Source: Camelus ferus (taxonomy: Eukaryota). Taken from it: a DNA stretch of 64,000 nt. The notes beneath the pieces were generated by a model. That model saw nothing but the letters and a program-made list of their open reading frames with translations, was not told the origin of the DNA and ran no database searches. Numbering within the stretch: the first letter of the stretch is position 1; each line of letters opens with the position of its first letter. A program made the position numbers and the translations under genes. The DNA is taken from positions 83,888,001 through 83,952,000 of the forward strand of contig NC_045697.1 of assembly GCF_009834535.1 (NCBI RefSeq), given 5' to 3'. This document shows, one piece after another, positions 37,091-51,064 of the stretch.

Positions 37091-39057
37091 TTTAATTTAA
37101 TTTTTTAATTGAAGTATAGTTGATTTACAATACTGTATTAATTTGTGTAGAGCATAGTGATTCAGTTATATATATTTTTTTATTAGAGGTTATTATAAGA
37201 TATTGAATATAGTTCCCTGTGCTAGACAGTAAGACCTTGTTGTTTATCTATTTTATATACAGCAGTTTGTATCTGCTAATCACAAACTCCTGATTTATCC
37301 CTCTCCAGCCCCCTTTCCCCTTTGGTAGTCATAAGTTTGTTTTCTGTGTCTGTGAGTTTGTTTCTATTTTGTAAATAAGTTCACTTGTGTCATTTTTTTA
37401 AGATTCCACATATTAGTGATGTCATAATGGTATTTGTCTTTCTCTGTCTGACTTACTTCACTTAGTATGATAACCTCTAGGTCCATCCATGTTGCTGCAA
37501 ATGGCATTATTTCATTCTTTTTATGGTTGAGTAGTATTCCATTATATATATTATATACCACATCTTCTTTATCCAGTCATCTGTCAATGGACATTTAGGT
37601 TGTTTCCATGTCTTGGCTATTGTAAACAGTGCTGCTATGAACACTGGGGTGCATGTATCTTTTCCAATTGGAGTTTTCTCTGGATATATGCCCAGGAGTG
37701 AGATTGCTGGATCACATGATAAGTCTATTTTTAGTTTTTTAAGGAATCTTCATACTGTTTTCCATCATGGGTGCACCAGATTACATTCCTACCAACAGTG
37801 TAGGAGTGTTCCCTTTTCTCCATACCTCTCCAGCATTTATCATTTGTTGACTTTTTAATGATGGTCAGTCTGACCAGTGTGAGGTGATACCTCACTGTAG
37901 TTGTGATTTGCATTTCTCTGATAATTAGCGATAGTCTCTGATAAATAGTGACAATTAGCAATACCCCTTTTCATGTGCTCGCTGGCCATTTGTATGTCTT
38001 CATTGGAGAAATGTCTATTTAGGTCTTCTGCACATTTTTGATTGGGTTATTTTTTGTTACCGAGTTGTATGAGTTGTTTGCATATTCTGGAAATCAAGCT
38101 CTTGTTAGTCACATCTTTTGCAAATATCTTCACCCATTCCGTCTTTTTGTTTGGTTTCTGGTTTCCTTTGCTGTGCAAAAGCTTAGGAGTTTGATTAGGT
38201 CTCATTTGTTTATTTTTGCTTTTATTTCTATTGCCTTGGAAGACTCACCTAAGAAAACATTGCTACGTTTTATGTCAGAGAATGTTTTTACAGTGTCCCG
38301 TCTTATGTTTAAGTCTTTAGGCCATTTTGAGTTTATTTTTGTGTGTGGTGTGAAGGAGTGAATGTTAATTGGAAGGGAAGAGGTAAGATTGTCACTATAT
38401 GCAGATGACATGATACTATATATAGAAAACTCTAAAGACTCCACACAAAAACTACTAGAGCTGATAAATGAATTCAGCAAGGTAGCGGGAAACAAGATTA
38501 ACATACAGAAATCTGCTGCATTTCTTTACACTAACAATGAAATATCAGAAAAGGAAAGTAAAAAGAAAAAAAACCCTTTTAAAATTGCATCCAAAAATTA
38601 CTTAGAGATAAACCTGACCAAGGAGATGAAAGACTTACATGCTGAGAATAATATCCTTAAAATGGCCATACTACCCAAAGCAACCTACAGATTTAATGCA
38701 ATCCCTATCAAATTATGCAGGACATTTTTCACAGGACTAGAACAAATAATCCTGAAATGTATATGGAACCACAAAAGATCCAGAATTGCTAAAGCAATAC
38801 TGAAGAAAAAGAATGAAGCTGGAGACATAACCCTCTCAGATTTCAGACAATACTACAAGCTACAGTAATCAAAACAGCATAGTATTGGCACAAAAACAGA
38901 CACATGGATCAATGGAACAAAATAGCCCAGAAATAAACCCACACATCTATGGCCAATTAATCTACAATGAAGGAGGCAAGAATATGCAATGCAGAAAAGA
39001 CAGTTTCTTCAGCAAGTGATGTTGGAAGGCTGAACAGCCTTATGTAAATTAATGAAG
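37091..39057 (-). mobile_element. Younger L1 with 5' inversion
   Basis: Minus-strand 3' UTR/ORF2 end at 37091-38360; plus-strand ORF2 piece at 38361-39057 ([13 protein letters not shown] motif); TSD TTCA(C/T)TATCTT at 37080-37090 / 39064-39074. Confidence 0.9.
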
Positions 39058-41679
39058 ATATCATTCATTATCTTGATTGTGATAATGGTTTTACAGGTGT
39101 GTGGATATCAAATTGTATATTTAAATATGTACAGTTTACTGTATTTCATTATATCTCAAGCTATTACATATTTTTAATTGAATTTATTTTTTTATAGGCT
39201 TGATATTTTTGTGATATTAAGATTTTTCCAGCCAAGAACATGCTCTGTTGATTGTTTTGCCCTTGGGCCCTTCAATTGTTAGTATAAATTCTTTTGGTTT
39301 CTGGGAATTTAAAGAAAATATAGGTCCTGTATTTTTCTTTTTAACTTAATTCTTTCCTACTATCTGTTTTATGTGTGTTTGCTTTTTCTCATTTTTGTCT
39401 CTTTATTGCCAATAAAGAAAAAGCTATTGATTTCTAAATACATATGATTGCATTATCAACTTCTGTTTTTAATTTCATTACTTGAAAACTGAAATTTGGG
39501 TTTTTAAAAAAGATACATAGCTCATCATTAGCCCTATATTTTTTGATTCCAGTGGTTTCACAAATTATTTAATTTAACATTTTTTTACTACATTCATTGA
39601 AACTTCCAGAATAATGTTGATTAATAAACTTGACAGTGAACATTTGTGTCTGCTTGAGCTCTTAAAGGAAATGACTCTAACACCTGTGTTTAAATGATGT
39701 TCTAGGTAAAAGTGATAAGCATCACAAATACAGAAACACCTGTTCTGGTTTGTTTTTTAGTATCAAGGTTGGAAAGCAAAAACAACATTTTCCAGAATTC
39801 CTTGCATTGAGGCTTTTTTTCATTTTTTCATCTTTTTATATTTTTCAAATTGTTTGCAATGAACACATAATTAACTTACCCAAGAACACAGAGCTGGTAA
39901 GTGGTCAAGCCAAGTAGATACACACAAGTGTATCTGTCAAAACACTGTTCTCTAGTGAGCATGTTTGCTTCCCAGTTACTGTTATTTGTTACTGTAATTG
40001 CATTATTTGATACCTAAATTTTATTTGCATTATCTATCTCACTTAGAAGATTTGGTAAGGACAGCCCAGCATACATGCTGGCACTTGTCTTTTGGTGATT
40101 TTATGCATATATTCTTTGACTTGGCTAATTTTAGCCCCTTCACTTGTAACAAATACTACATGTTGCTATAACGTGATCCTTTTTTTTTTTTTCCCCTTAC
40201 TTTGTTACAAGCAAGGACTCATTTGTTGAGGGGGACAATTTCAGTATTTCAGAAGCTGATTTTGTCTTTCCCTGCTCTTATAATTTAGGTATGCCTCTAC
40301 CAGAGGTTAATGTGCTGTGCAAAGGTACCTCTCTGCTTAACTCAGATTTCATAGAATAATCAAATATCAGAGTTGGAAGAACCCTTAAAAATCATTCTAG
40401 TCCATCCAATACTTTCATTTCCCAGATGGGAAAGCTGAGGTTTAAATAGTCAAGCTCACGGTCACATGGATTTTGAAAAGCTGGGACTAGAACCCAGATC
40501 TCTCAATCTATGCTCCAGTGCCTTTTCTGATTCCACATTTTCCATATTTTTCTTAAAAAGCTTACTTTAAAAGTTAAGCAAACTTTGAATTATAACTGCA
40601 TTTCCAGAGGATACTTTGAAGCAAACTTAAAAAAAAAAAGAGTCAGATCAATATATACACATACACACATTAAAATGCATGTGTGTATGCAGGCACATTC
40701 CCCCTCACCCCCCCCCCCCAAATCAGAGAGAGAGGGGAGGAGAAGAAGGGAGGGGACGGGAAGTCATCCATTTATGCCTTACTTTAACCCAACACTGTAC
40801 ACAGTCCTTGAGTTCCTAGGAATCTGGCTCTCAGCTTCAGCCTTTCTAGGCTCTATGCCTTCTTACCGTGACTTGCATCGACAGTTTCCAAGCCATCCAA
40901 GGGAAGGTGTGAATCTGGTCTTGTAGAACGATGCTTTAACTATGAAGGCCACTTCTTCTACCTCTAAATTTCAGCTTTAAGATCCCATCTTTACAGAAAG
41001 CAGTCGCAAAGTGTCTCTAAGTGAGAAGCAGAAGGTGGGAAACCAAAATCTTAGAGAGGATGACCTTCCATCAACTCTCAAAGAGAGGTGAGACAGACTC
41101 CTATTTCTGGGGTTGAGCTTTCTGTCCTGTTTAATTAGTTTAAATGTATTACCATATGCTCTACCGTCCCTACCATAGTTTCAAACCACTTGTTACCCCA
41201 CTAAGTTCACCATACAGTTGACAATGAAAGACTCTTTTAAACAGAAATATAAATGAGGGAAAATCTGACTTGTCAGAGATTTCACCCCTCTGTCATAAAA
41301 CTTTGGCTTTGTTAAATCTTGATTATTTTCATTCTCAATATTCTCTCCACAGATGTCAGCTAATTTCTCAAGTGGTTTTCACATAATCTTTTTTCTTTTC
41401 TAATTTGTAACTGTTTTGCTTCCTTTACTTATTTCTTGCCTCTCTCTGTTAGCCCTTTTAAGAGAAACAGCTCCCTACTTCCAAGCATCAGGGGCCTACA
41501 AGGTTCTGAAAAACATCACTACAGTTACGGGCTCATAAAAAAACCTCATGTCACTGAATCACCTGAGTTAGCAAATGAGTGGTGTTTCTCTGCCTTTATA
41601 ATCGTTGTTTCTGCTCTTAGCATGCATGCGATAGATTCTGAAGTCAAGACTCCTATGGAAATGTGTGACCTGTCATTTT

Positions 41680-42168
41680 TGTAACTGAAGAGAATGCCTT
41701 CCTCATATAATTGGGCATAAAAGCTGTGAACATTTTGCCCTTCCTCAGTAAATCATACACATCACCATCAAAATTTGCTTTTTTAAAGATAAGACAATAG
41801 TCCCAAATGGAGTCACTCATGCTAAGCCCCATGTCACCAAACCAAGACTTAATTACAGTTTGGGCTCTCACAGAAGTGGAATCTTAAATCATTCAGTCAG
41901 GAATCACCTGCTCAGCAGTAATCAGGTAATTTGCCTGATAGACCCTGGCCATCCCCTGAAGGAATATAATCTTGCGATAACCAATCTGCTTTTTGCCTAG
42001 TATAAGTTTCTTGTTCCCACTCCCTTCTGCCTATAAAAGCCTTTAATTTTGAACAGCTCCTCAGAAGCCCTTTCTATCTGCTAGATCGGATGCTCCCTGA
42101 TTTATGAATTGCTCAATAAAGCCAATAAGATCTTTAAATTTTATTCAGTTGAATTTTGTTTTTTAAGT
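41680..42168 (+). mobile_element. ERV1-class LTR (family not assigned)
   Basis: TGTAAC start, AAATGGAGTCACTCATGCTAAG motif, TATA-like CTATAAAA (~42030) and AATAAA (~42115). Confidence 0.6.
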
Positions 42169-42759
42169 CTTAAAGAAGTTATTTCTTGCTCTATATTTAG
42201 GCAATTTTCAAACTGACATGTCCTCTAGGCACTAATTGTTAAGGCTATCATGTTAGCATTCTGCCTTTAAGCCCAAGAGAGCAAAGCACAGTGAGAATTT
42301 AAGTATGAGAACAACATCCTTGTTTTATCACTAATTATAAATCTTTGACAAAATTCTTCTTACAGATTATTTTTAGTACTAGAATTGGAAGCCTCTTAAG
42401 TTCTAAAGTTCAAGTCATTGGGGGTTCACATATACTAACAGGTGTAGGAGAATCATTTAACTTAAGGCGCTCTGTAAAACTGAGCGTACTCCATTTCTTC
42501 AAAGTGACTTCATAAAACATTCTTCCAAGTTTCCGTATTTTTCACAGAAAGCTACAAGGGCTCAATGATTTGGGGGACTTGAGCCCAAAAATGAAGCAAG
42601 TCTCTGGCAGCCTTATCTGTATCTCTGATATCACTTGAATTCAGGGAATGGCAAATAGAGCTATGATGTTGCTGCTTAAGAATTTTAATCCTTTTTAAAA
42701 TGAACTGTGACTAACCAGCTATGTTAATATGAAAGACTATGTTTTGTTTTTCAGTACCA

Positions 42760-43450
42760 TTTTAAAAGCTGTTTAAAATTTATTTTCGTTTTCTAATTGT
42801 TTCTAGTATATAGAATACAATTGAGTTTTGGATATTTATATTATTTCCAATAGCTGTGCTTATTAACCCTAATAGTTTGTACATTCTTTTAGATTTTTTA
42901 CATACATACATAGTTATGTCATCTGCAAATGACAACTTTACTTTTTTTCTCAAAAAAAATACTTTTTCTTTTATCTTTTGTCTGTTTTATTTTTCTCGCC
43001 TTGTATTGACTAGTACCTCCAGTATAATGTAGAACAGAAGTGGTTATAGTAATCATCCTTATCTTAATTCCAACCCAAGAGGCAAATGTTCAAAATTCAC
43101 CATTAAGTAAAATGTAGTTGTTGATTTTTTTAAAAGATAATCTTGATGAAATAAGATAGTTCCCTAGTTCCCTTCCATTCCTACTTTGCTGAGAGGCTGT
43201 TTTTCCCCCCACCTTGATCATAGTTTTTCTGCATTTATTGAAATAACTTTATGTTCTTTTCCTTTATTCTGTTAATGTAGTAAATTACATTGATTGAATT
43301 TTAAATATTAAATCAGTTTTGCATTTCTGGAACAAACTCCATTTGGTCTTGATGTTTATTAGATTTATTAGATTTGCTCATATCGTGTACAGGACTTTTG
43401 CATCTGTGCTTATGACAGATATTAACCTGTAATTTTCTTTTCTTGTAATT
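42760..43450 (-). mobile_element. Old L1 (L1M) ORF2 fragment
   Basis: T-rich antisense ORF2 motifs (ATGTCATCTGCAAAT = reverse complement of the FADD codons). Confidence 0.7.
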
Positions 43451-44004
43451 ATTACACTAAAGTCATCTCTAAATGTTCAGATGGAAGTTTTTAAACTTTT
43501 TAAATTAAAAAAATTTCCTTTAATGTACATAGTACGATATTATTTTTTCCTAGAAAGACATATTTTAAAATAATTTTTGAAGAAAAAATTTTTGGACAAG
43601 AAATACTTCAAAAATATATTAGAAATATATTAAATTATTTAATTTTCATCAATTTTAGTGTTCTTTTCTCTCTCAAAAGTATCACAATTGGATGTTAAAT
43701 TTTTATGGACCCTTATTAAGAGACAAGGTTGATTCTTCCTGGCCCTTAGATTCCCAGATAAAGAAAAATTTTTTTCCTGTTGAAGAATGAACCTCTGAAC
43801 CTTGTACTGGAGGCTGAACATCTCCTATCCTTTCCCTGCTCTGAGCCTTAGCTCTTGCTGTTACCCCCACCTGGAGTACCTTCTGCACTCCAGCAGTCTT
43901 TGCCTTTTGGCAGTTTTCCTCCACCTTACATTCCAAATTAAATGCTCTCTTCTTCCTCCATTCCAAAAATGTGAGATTTATTTCTCCTCTGAGTATAAAA
44001 TATT

Positions 44005-44255
44005 AATAATCACTAACACATATGATAATCACTACATGTCAGATACTATTCATTCTAAATGCTTTAAATATGTTAACTCATTTAATCTCCCTAACAACTT
44101 TGTGAGGTAGATATTACTTTTATTACTCTTTTACAGATTTAAAAAAAAAGCTGAGTTTCAGAGAGGTTAAGTAACTTCAAAGTTTATGCCATTAATAACT
44201 GGAAATCCAGGATTCCAATCTAATTGTTTGTTTCCAGAGCCTGTCCCCACACTAT
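44005..44255 (-). mobile_element. MIR SINE
   Basis: AACTCATTTAATCTCCCTAACAAC...TTTTACAGAT...CAGAGAGGTTAAGTAACTT. Confidence 0.8.
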
Positions 44256-44356
44256 GTCACCTCAGGCAAGAGCTGACAATAATTTTTCATTTCTATTGTC
44301 ACTGATGTAGCTTGGATCCCCTCATCTCTCACAGCTCTTTTTCAAGAACTGATTGC

Positions 44357-44520
44357 GGGGAGGGTATAACTCAAGTGGTAGAGCACATGCTTAGCATGCA
44401 TGAGGTCCTGGGTTCAATCCCCAGGACTGCCTCTAGAAATAAATAAATAAACAGACAAACAAAAAACCTAATTACCTCCCCCCACCGAAAAAAAAAAAAA
44501 AAACTGGGGAAAAAAAAAAA
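44357..44520 (+). mobile_element. tRNA-derived SINE, Vic-1 type (camelid)
   Basis: GGGGAGGGTATAACTCAAGTGGTAGAGC (A box)...GGTTCAATCCC (B box), (AAAT)n, CCTAATTACCTCCCCC and an A tail; imperfect flanking repeat AAGA(A/G)CTGA. Confidence 0.85.
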
Positions 44521-44844
44521 GAGCTGACTAATTGCTATTAGTAGCAGAGGCACCAGGACATACCTTCTGGCTCCCACACTACTCCCAAAGGAACCTTCTA
44601 AAGCATGCATCTAAACAGCATCCCAACATGACAAAACAAAATAATCACCAAACCCCCCCTCAAACTCTCATTTATTTGCTTAACAACATTTGTCAGCTCT
44701 TCATACCTGTCAGACAAAGTCCAAAGTTACCGTAGCACCACGGTCATTTATATTCCATAGTCAAGGCTTCCAGCTTCAGCTCCAGCATTCCAACACTGCC
44801 CCCACCCCAGCCTTTGTTCCATAGCCATGGCTCTCAGTTAGTAG

Positions 44845-45183
44845 CGTTGATTTAAAACAAATAGACTGCCAGAAATTTCTCCAGCAAAGACAGGTTTACT
44901 CAGGATCAGCAGAAAACTGCACTTCAGGGTCTACAACCATGGTGAGCCACATGCAATCTCCAGCAGGGCAAGGGAAGAGCACTTTTATAGAGGGGAAAGG
45001 AAGTTGGGAGGGCACCAGGAGACAGAGTCCCGTGGCTTCTCACTGGATGAGCCCTTGCCAGGAAAGAAGAGGTCTTTCTGCTTCCTGTTGGGCTTTGCTA
45101 TTGTCACAGGGCATGAGAGCTCACCTGTCTGGTCTCCTAACTCTGTGTAATTGAGGTTTCTGCTTATTTATTTATTTTTCACA
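44845..45183 (-). mobile_element. ERV1-class solo LTR (family not assigned)
   Basis: On the minus strand it begins TGTGAAAAATAAA and carries CTATAAAA and an AGTAAA-type poly(A) signal in LTR order. Confidence 0.55.
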
Positions 45184-47464
45184 GTAGTCCTTAAATGTAC
45201 ATGCTTACTTATGTCTCCATGTCCTTGTTAGTTAGCACCCCCCCCCCCTTTGCATTATCCTTCAGCTTTCCTCCCTCTCTTCCTCTCTGCTTCCCTTCTT
45301 ACCTACTTCTACTTTTCTTTCTTCTCTCTCTCTGGCTACAAAGTCCAGCCCAGATGTGATTTCTTCTTTTAGCAGCGTTCCATAAGCACTCCTTTCATCA
45401 CCACCCCCAGTGTAATTATTTTATTTTCCTCTGAGATACTATAACCTAGTGAATCTACCTCTGTTATAGCACACATCATATGGCATATTGTGATTTGCGT
45501 TTATACTTGGGCCCACAACTAGCCAGTGAGTTGTGGGTAGAGACCATATGTTACCTTTATTCCCAGCACCTAGCACTTCGTGCCAGGCACATTGTAGGTA
45601 TTCAACAAATGTCCTGTGAAATGAATGATCTCTTTATCTATTGGATCACATAATAGGGTTGAACACATTGATGGCTCTCAATAATCATTTTTTGAAGTGA
45701 GTAGCCTTGTACCTTCTTCTTCCTCAGAGTTAGCAAATGTCTGGTTCTGAGATGTCTAAATTTATCAAGGAGGATTGTAAAAGCTTATGACAGGACCAAG
45801 GCCTCCTCACTAGCAAAGCTTAATACTATGCCACTGTTTGTATCTGGATGCATAGAAATCACTCCAGATCACTGAGTATTTAAAATTTGTATGTTCTAAA
45901 AAAACCAGTGTTTCCTCTTGTTCTCTTTTTAATGTGAAGAAGAAGGTGCACAGAGCCTTCGATTGTATAGAAATAACAGACATCCTCCTTTTTAAAAGTT
46001 CTATGTGGCATTTTAAATAAAGGATGTGAATTTGCTTTGTTTTTAAAAACAATCTACAAAAATTTTTCAACAAATTTATTCTGTATAGGTATAAGCCCAA
46101 AATATAGGCTTTTATTTTTATAATGTGAAAAAATCTTGGCTTCAAAATAATTTATTAATAAATGTGTAATTGAGCTATTTATATTATGTTAAACTTTGGA
46201 CAATTTTTGCAGAACCTGTCATCCCCCATTCTTTTTCAAACATTAAAGGAACAAAATAAAGACAAGCCTTTCTTCTTGGCGTTTCTACATTAAAAGTGCT
46301 GGGTAATTTCTTTTGTACTGCTCAGTTATGATATAATGATCAATGCAAAAGCAATGTAAAAGAAATACCAAATGTGAGAAAATTCTTTATCTCAAGAAAC
46401 TGTTAGTAGCAGTAATATAAGTAACAACCATAAAGAGCAACCCAACTCCCCAGGAAACTTCATAAACGGTACCCATATTAAACTGAGGGCACGATAGATT
46501 GTGATGGGTGTGCATATTACAGAATAATTTTTAAAAACACCCGATAACCCCAAAGGCCAACCAAGACATAGTAAGTTAATAGACTGGATTGCATTTGACA
46601 GTAGAAAACCTTCAATGGAAAAATTTCTGGATTTTCCAGAATTACAGAGAAGCATACAGTTCACGGAAACAGGATAGATGTTTTTAACCAAATGTTTTAA
46701 ATAATCTGTGAAATGGCTACAATTTTTAATTTCTTCACTGATCAATATAAGATGAATATAAATTAAAAGAGAATCACTGAATTCCACTGTAAAGTTTAAG
46801 CTTGTCTTTAATTTCCAGTTGAGTAGAATGCTTTCATACTAACAGTCATGTAGATTTTCCTAGAACCATTTATTTGAATAACATTAATCATTATATCATA
46901 ACTAAGATACATTTAGAGTGTTTCTATTCATTTTAAAGAAAGTGAGGGGCTTTTTTTTGAGAGGTTTTTTGGGTACCTTGACTTATAAAAGTAATTTGGG
47001 GAGAAATAGTGGTGAGATAAAATTGCAAGAATCAAGAAGTGGTGGTGATTTCTTGTATAACTTACAGTTCTCTTGCTTTCTTTAGAATCTGTACTTCCAC
47101 ATAGTTGAAAACCACAGGGCTTCCTGGCCATGAAGCCCTCAGGGTCAGTTCTTGATGCTAGGCTGGCTTTCCGTGCTCTCATTTCTTCCTGCTGCACAGG
47201 AACCACGGGCAGTAGCCCTATTCACCATTCTGTTGAACACTACTGGTATCTTTTTTGTTGCTTGCTGGTCTTTTGATTCTAGACACATAATGAGGAGGAT
47301 ATATATAGTCTCTCCAGCTCCCACTGCCTTGCTGCCCTGAAAACAAGCACAGTGGACACTTCTCCTTTGAGGATTTTACTATTATTCGTTGTGGGATAGA
47401 ATCTTGATTAAAAATAGTTGGGCTAAGACAATTACAAATTTTTTTTAAAACCTTATAACATTTT

Positions 47465-47550
47465 TGAAAAAGGCTATTTTTTGAGCAGTTTTATGTTCAT
47501 AGCAAAATTGAGAGGAAGGTACAGAGATTTCCCATATGTCGCCTTGCCCC
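47465..47550 (-). mobile_element. Very short L1MA/MB 3' end with perfect TSD
   Basis: GAGCAGTTTTATGTTCATAGCAAAATTGAG...GGTACAGAGATTTCCCATAT; 14-bp TSD CCTTATAACATTTT at 47451-47464 / 47551-47564. Confidence 0.85.
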
Positions 47551-48339
47551 CCTTATAACATTTTAATACATGTTGCCCCTCAGTTTCCCCATATGGCTGG
47601 GAGGCCTAAAACTCTAAGGATTCCTAATCTGCTCTTTTATTTTGGTGGCAGATTTTGTGTGTTCATAGCTTTCCTGTTTCTAGGCCCAAAGATCCCTTTC
47701 TCTATCAAGGCCTTCTTCCCTATATAAGCCTGAAGATGCAAAATGAAAGGTGTAAATCTGAGTCAGTGCGAGGGCACCTGTCTCAGAGCCTTCCAGGCTT
47801 GACTCCCTTCTCAGTGACCTCACAACTCAACACAGAACACATTCCCCTATGATGTTACCACACCTAGAAGCTTTCTTTGAATAATTGTGGTTCCTGGGGG
47901 CCTTAGGTATGATATAAAAAATATGTAAGCCTGAGTGACTAAATCTTCAGTTTTATCAATGCCGCCTACTACATCCTGAGACAGAGGCTATGTATGTCCT
48001 TAGTTTAGCCCAAAGGTGCTCATTTCATCAAAGTTTATGTAGAAGACACTGAAACCCCCTCCATCATTCAACTTTTCAAACTTCTCCCAGTTTTAGGTCC
48101 CCCTTCCACTCCTACCATAATTTCTGGCATCCCACAACAAGTAATGGAAGCCTTATTTGGAGGCATGATGGAAGGGTGAACTTGGCTGCGAGTTACACCT
48201 TAGAGGCCACATCTTTCCTCATGGTTAACATCAGTATACTAAATGAATGCCAAAATTCCATATACCCTTCATGTCAGTCAGGGGAAAAGTAAGCTCAAAA
48301 TGTTCTAAGATATAAGCAAGTAACATTACTCTGCTGTTG

Positions 48340-48726
48340 AATAAATAAGGTGATGATGGTTATAATAATGTCCATTCTATGTATTACTGGCTCTGTTATT
48401 AAACAACTGAAAAGGTGTGTAAGAACACCAAGGCATCATGCAGGTAGCAACTGCAAGAAGTCATGAGACTGGTTCTGTAAGGGTGGGAGTAGCTACAGAG
48501 TAGAATCAAAGTCCGCTATCGGAACAACCTGCTATAGGAACTGGAAACAGGTAGGCCCAAGTCCCTTCTCTCTTCTCTGGCCTTGTAGGCTCCCTCTAGC
48601 GCCCCCTATTGGCAGACCTAATAAGGAGGTGCTGGCAAAACAGAAATGCAGCCTGAGTCCCAGCTCAAGCACCACAAAATGTAGAAGGGTGGATTTGAAG
48701 CTGAGAGGTACTGTGATAACTGACAT
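48340..48726. mobile_element. ERVL-class LTR remnant (LTR41-like)
   Basis: Terminal AGAAGGGTGGATTTGAAGCTGAGAGG...TAACTGACA resembles recalled LTR41-group ends. Confidence 0.4.
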
Positions 48727-49410
48727 ACTGAACACAGAATCTTGTGGGGTATATTTAGTGGGTGGGATAGTGACGGGGCAAAAAAATGATGATAGAAGGG
48801 GAATAAAGTTAGTGTCAGAGGAGGACACAGGAGATCTTGAACAGTAAGTATTGTGACTAAAGGAAGACCATTGGTTTTACAGCTGAGATTTGACTAAAAA
48901 GGCATTTGCAGAGAGTCACTGAAACAGTCTCTGGATTATAATGAAGTGGACACAGTTCATGTTGACTGCTCTTTCCATGACTTTGGCTAAAAAAGAAGGA
49001 GAGGGATCGGGAATAACCTAGAAAGATAGCAGGGTAAAGAAAAAGTGATTTTGAAGGAGAAGGAGATGGGAGAAAGGAGATAAGCCATTTTCTTGATAAA
49101 AAAGAAATACTTTCTTAAAGATGGAAAAGAATGAGTGAAGTTAGAAAAAAATATGTGGACATGAAGGGAGTAGACAAAACATTGGTAGGATGATTTTAAT
49201 CAAATAGGGTAAGTGATGAGGCGCTTTGCTGAGGATGAATGTTGCTGAGGTGGGACTGGGACCTGAGTGAATGAAGATGGTTCAGAACACTTCATGCATG
49301 GGATTTAATAGGGGCAGGAAACTTCCATACCTGAGAATGTAAGTATCTAAACAAAATGATCCCTAGCAAATGTCTGAACCAAACCAGAAATAAGAATAAT
49401 ATACACTTTG

Positions 49411-49443
<33 letters not shown>

Positions 49444-49458
49444 CGCGCGTGTATGTGT
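49411..49458 (+). repeat. (GT)n/(GC)n compound microsatellite
   Basis: About 14 GT units followed by GCGTGCGCGCGTGT. Confidence 0.95.
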
Positions 49459-49499
49459 CTAAGATTCTAAGCCTCCAATTTCGTTTTGTTTCTGTAGTC

Positions 49500-49725
49500 C
49501 AGGATTTTACAACTGAGGTACTATTGACATTTTGGACCAGATAATTTCTCGTTGGGGATGGAGGGCTGTCCTGTGCATTGTAGGGTGTTTAGCTGCATCC
49601 TGGCCTCTACTCACTAAATGCCACAGCAAACCATCCCCTAACCCACATCATGACAGTCAAAAGTGCCCCCAAACATCGTCAAATGTCCCCTGCAAGGAAA
49701 ATTACCCTTGGTTGAGCACTACTGC
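49500..49725. mobile_element. MER20 hAT DNA transposon
   Basis: ACTATTGACATTTTGGACCAGATAATT...GCTGTCCTGTGCATTGTAGG...GTTGAGCACTACTG. Confidence 0.85.
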
Positions 49726-50064
49726 CCTAGCTCCATGAGCTCAATGAAGGCTCTGCTGATTTCTTTGCTCCCAGCAGCAGTCCTCTCTTTGGGCAAAGGC
49801 TATACTCTCAGCTTCTTGCCCTTCTCTGAAATTTTGGCAGTTCCTAATCCTAGTTAGGACTAGGTAGGTTAGGTTCAGCACTTCTGAAATCTTTAAATAG
49901 ATTTTTAAAAAATTTTTATTTGGCTTTTCCAGTAGTTTTCTGTGGGAATTTTGTTCTGCTGAAAGTTATCCCCTAACATTCAGGACACAATTCCAAAGAA
50001 CTCTCTTTTTAAAAATTCATTGATTTAGTTCTGTTTTTTTCATTTATTCTAACCAAATCATCAA

Positions 50065-50236
50065 CAATATTCAGCCCATGGGCCAAATCCAGCTCTTGCC
50101 TATTCTGGGAATACAGTTTTACGACAACATAGTCACCCCATCATTTACATATTGTCCGCAGGTGCTCTTGCACTAAGAGTGCAGAGTGGCTGCCAGAGAT
50201 CTATGGCCCTTGGACCATAGTTTGCTGGTCTTTGCT
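50065..50236. mobile_element. MER58A-like remnant
   Basis: GCCCATGGGCCAAATCCAGC...CATTTACATATTGTC...ATGGCCC. Confidence 0.6.
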
Positions 50237-51064
50237 CTAGATCTTGGACACTTTGAAAGCTGTATCTCTAGGTCTAATATGTTATGGCTGGATGACTGCA
50301 TGTTCAAATTTTCTTAGATTATGTAAAAATATATATTGAACTCAGTCATTTTCTTTCAAATGACAATGAAAGACTTTGCTGTAGTTGTCTGCATTGTTAC
50401 GTATCATTTAAGTCAAATGGCAAGGTTGGTTAAAGAATAATGCCAAAGAGTGTAATTTTAAGAATATGGACCCAATTCCTGGCTGTACCTATTAGTTTAG
50501 TTTTTTTCAGTCACAGACTTCCTCTTACACTACCTGTGTTGCAATTAAAATGTATTATTTGTTCCAAGGAGACTAGGGCAAAGTGAATAAGTGCATCAGG
50601 ACAAATTAGTCATTCCTACAGATTAAAAGAAGTATATTTATGAAAGATGGTCATTCACCTTTCTGTTAATAGAATTCCTTATATATCTTTTTACATTACA
50701 CATATTTACATTACATGTGTACTCTTCAAAACTTATCTGAAGAATGTAATCATTTATATTTCATGTATGTTTGATAATGTATTGTTTGATAATAAGAATG
50801 CCTTCCACTGAATTTCTTTCAAAAGTAGACAACCCTTGAAATAGTTACATTTTTCTTCCCCACCTTTCATAGGCACATATGATAGGCACAAGTGATAATT
50901 AGTATAACTGTATGTCACAAATGGACTCATACTTCAAAGAAATGAAATTATTTACTAGTTCCAAGTTGTTGAGATTAGTTGTCCTTGGACTAAAATAATA
51001 TTTATGTACCCTGTCTACCAAATACAGCTGCTGCCTATATGCTTCCACATCAAAATCTTATCAT

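Noticed and set aside
38362..38868. 168-aa ORF with a YADD reverse-transcriptase motif
   Set aside because: A fragment of L1 ORF2 in the inverted segment, internally deleted; not a host gene.
44357..44430. tRNA-like sequence with A and B boxes
   Set aside because: It is a SINE head followed by a SINE tail, not a tRNA gene; the same applies at 57270-57340.
48151..48626. Isolated perfect CArG boxes (48151-48160, 48617-48626)
   Set aside because: CC(A/T)6GG occurs regularly by chance in AT-rich DNA; one lies in an LTR remnant and there is no supporting context.
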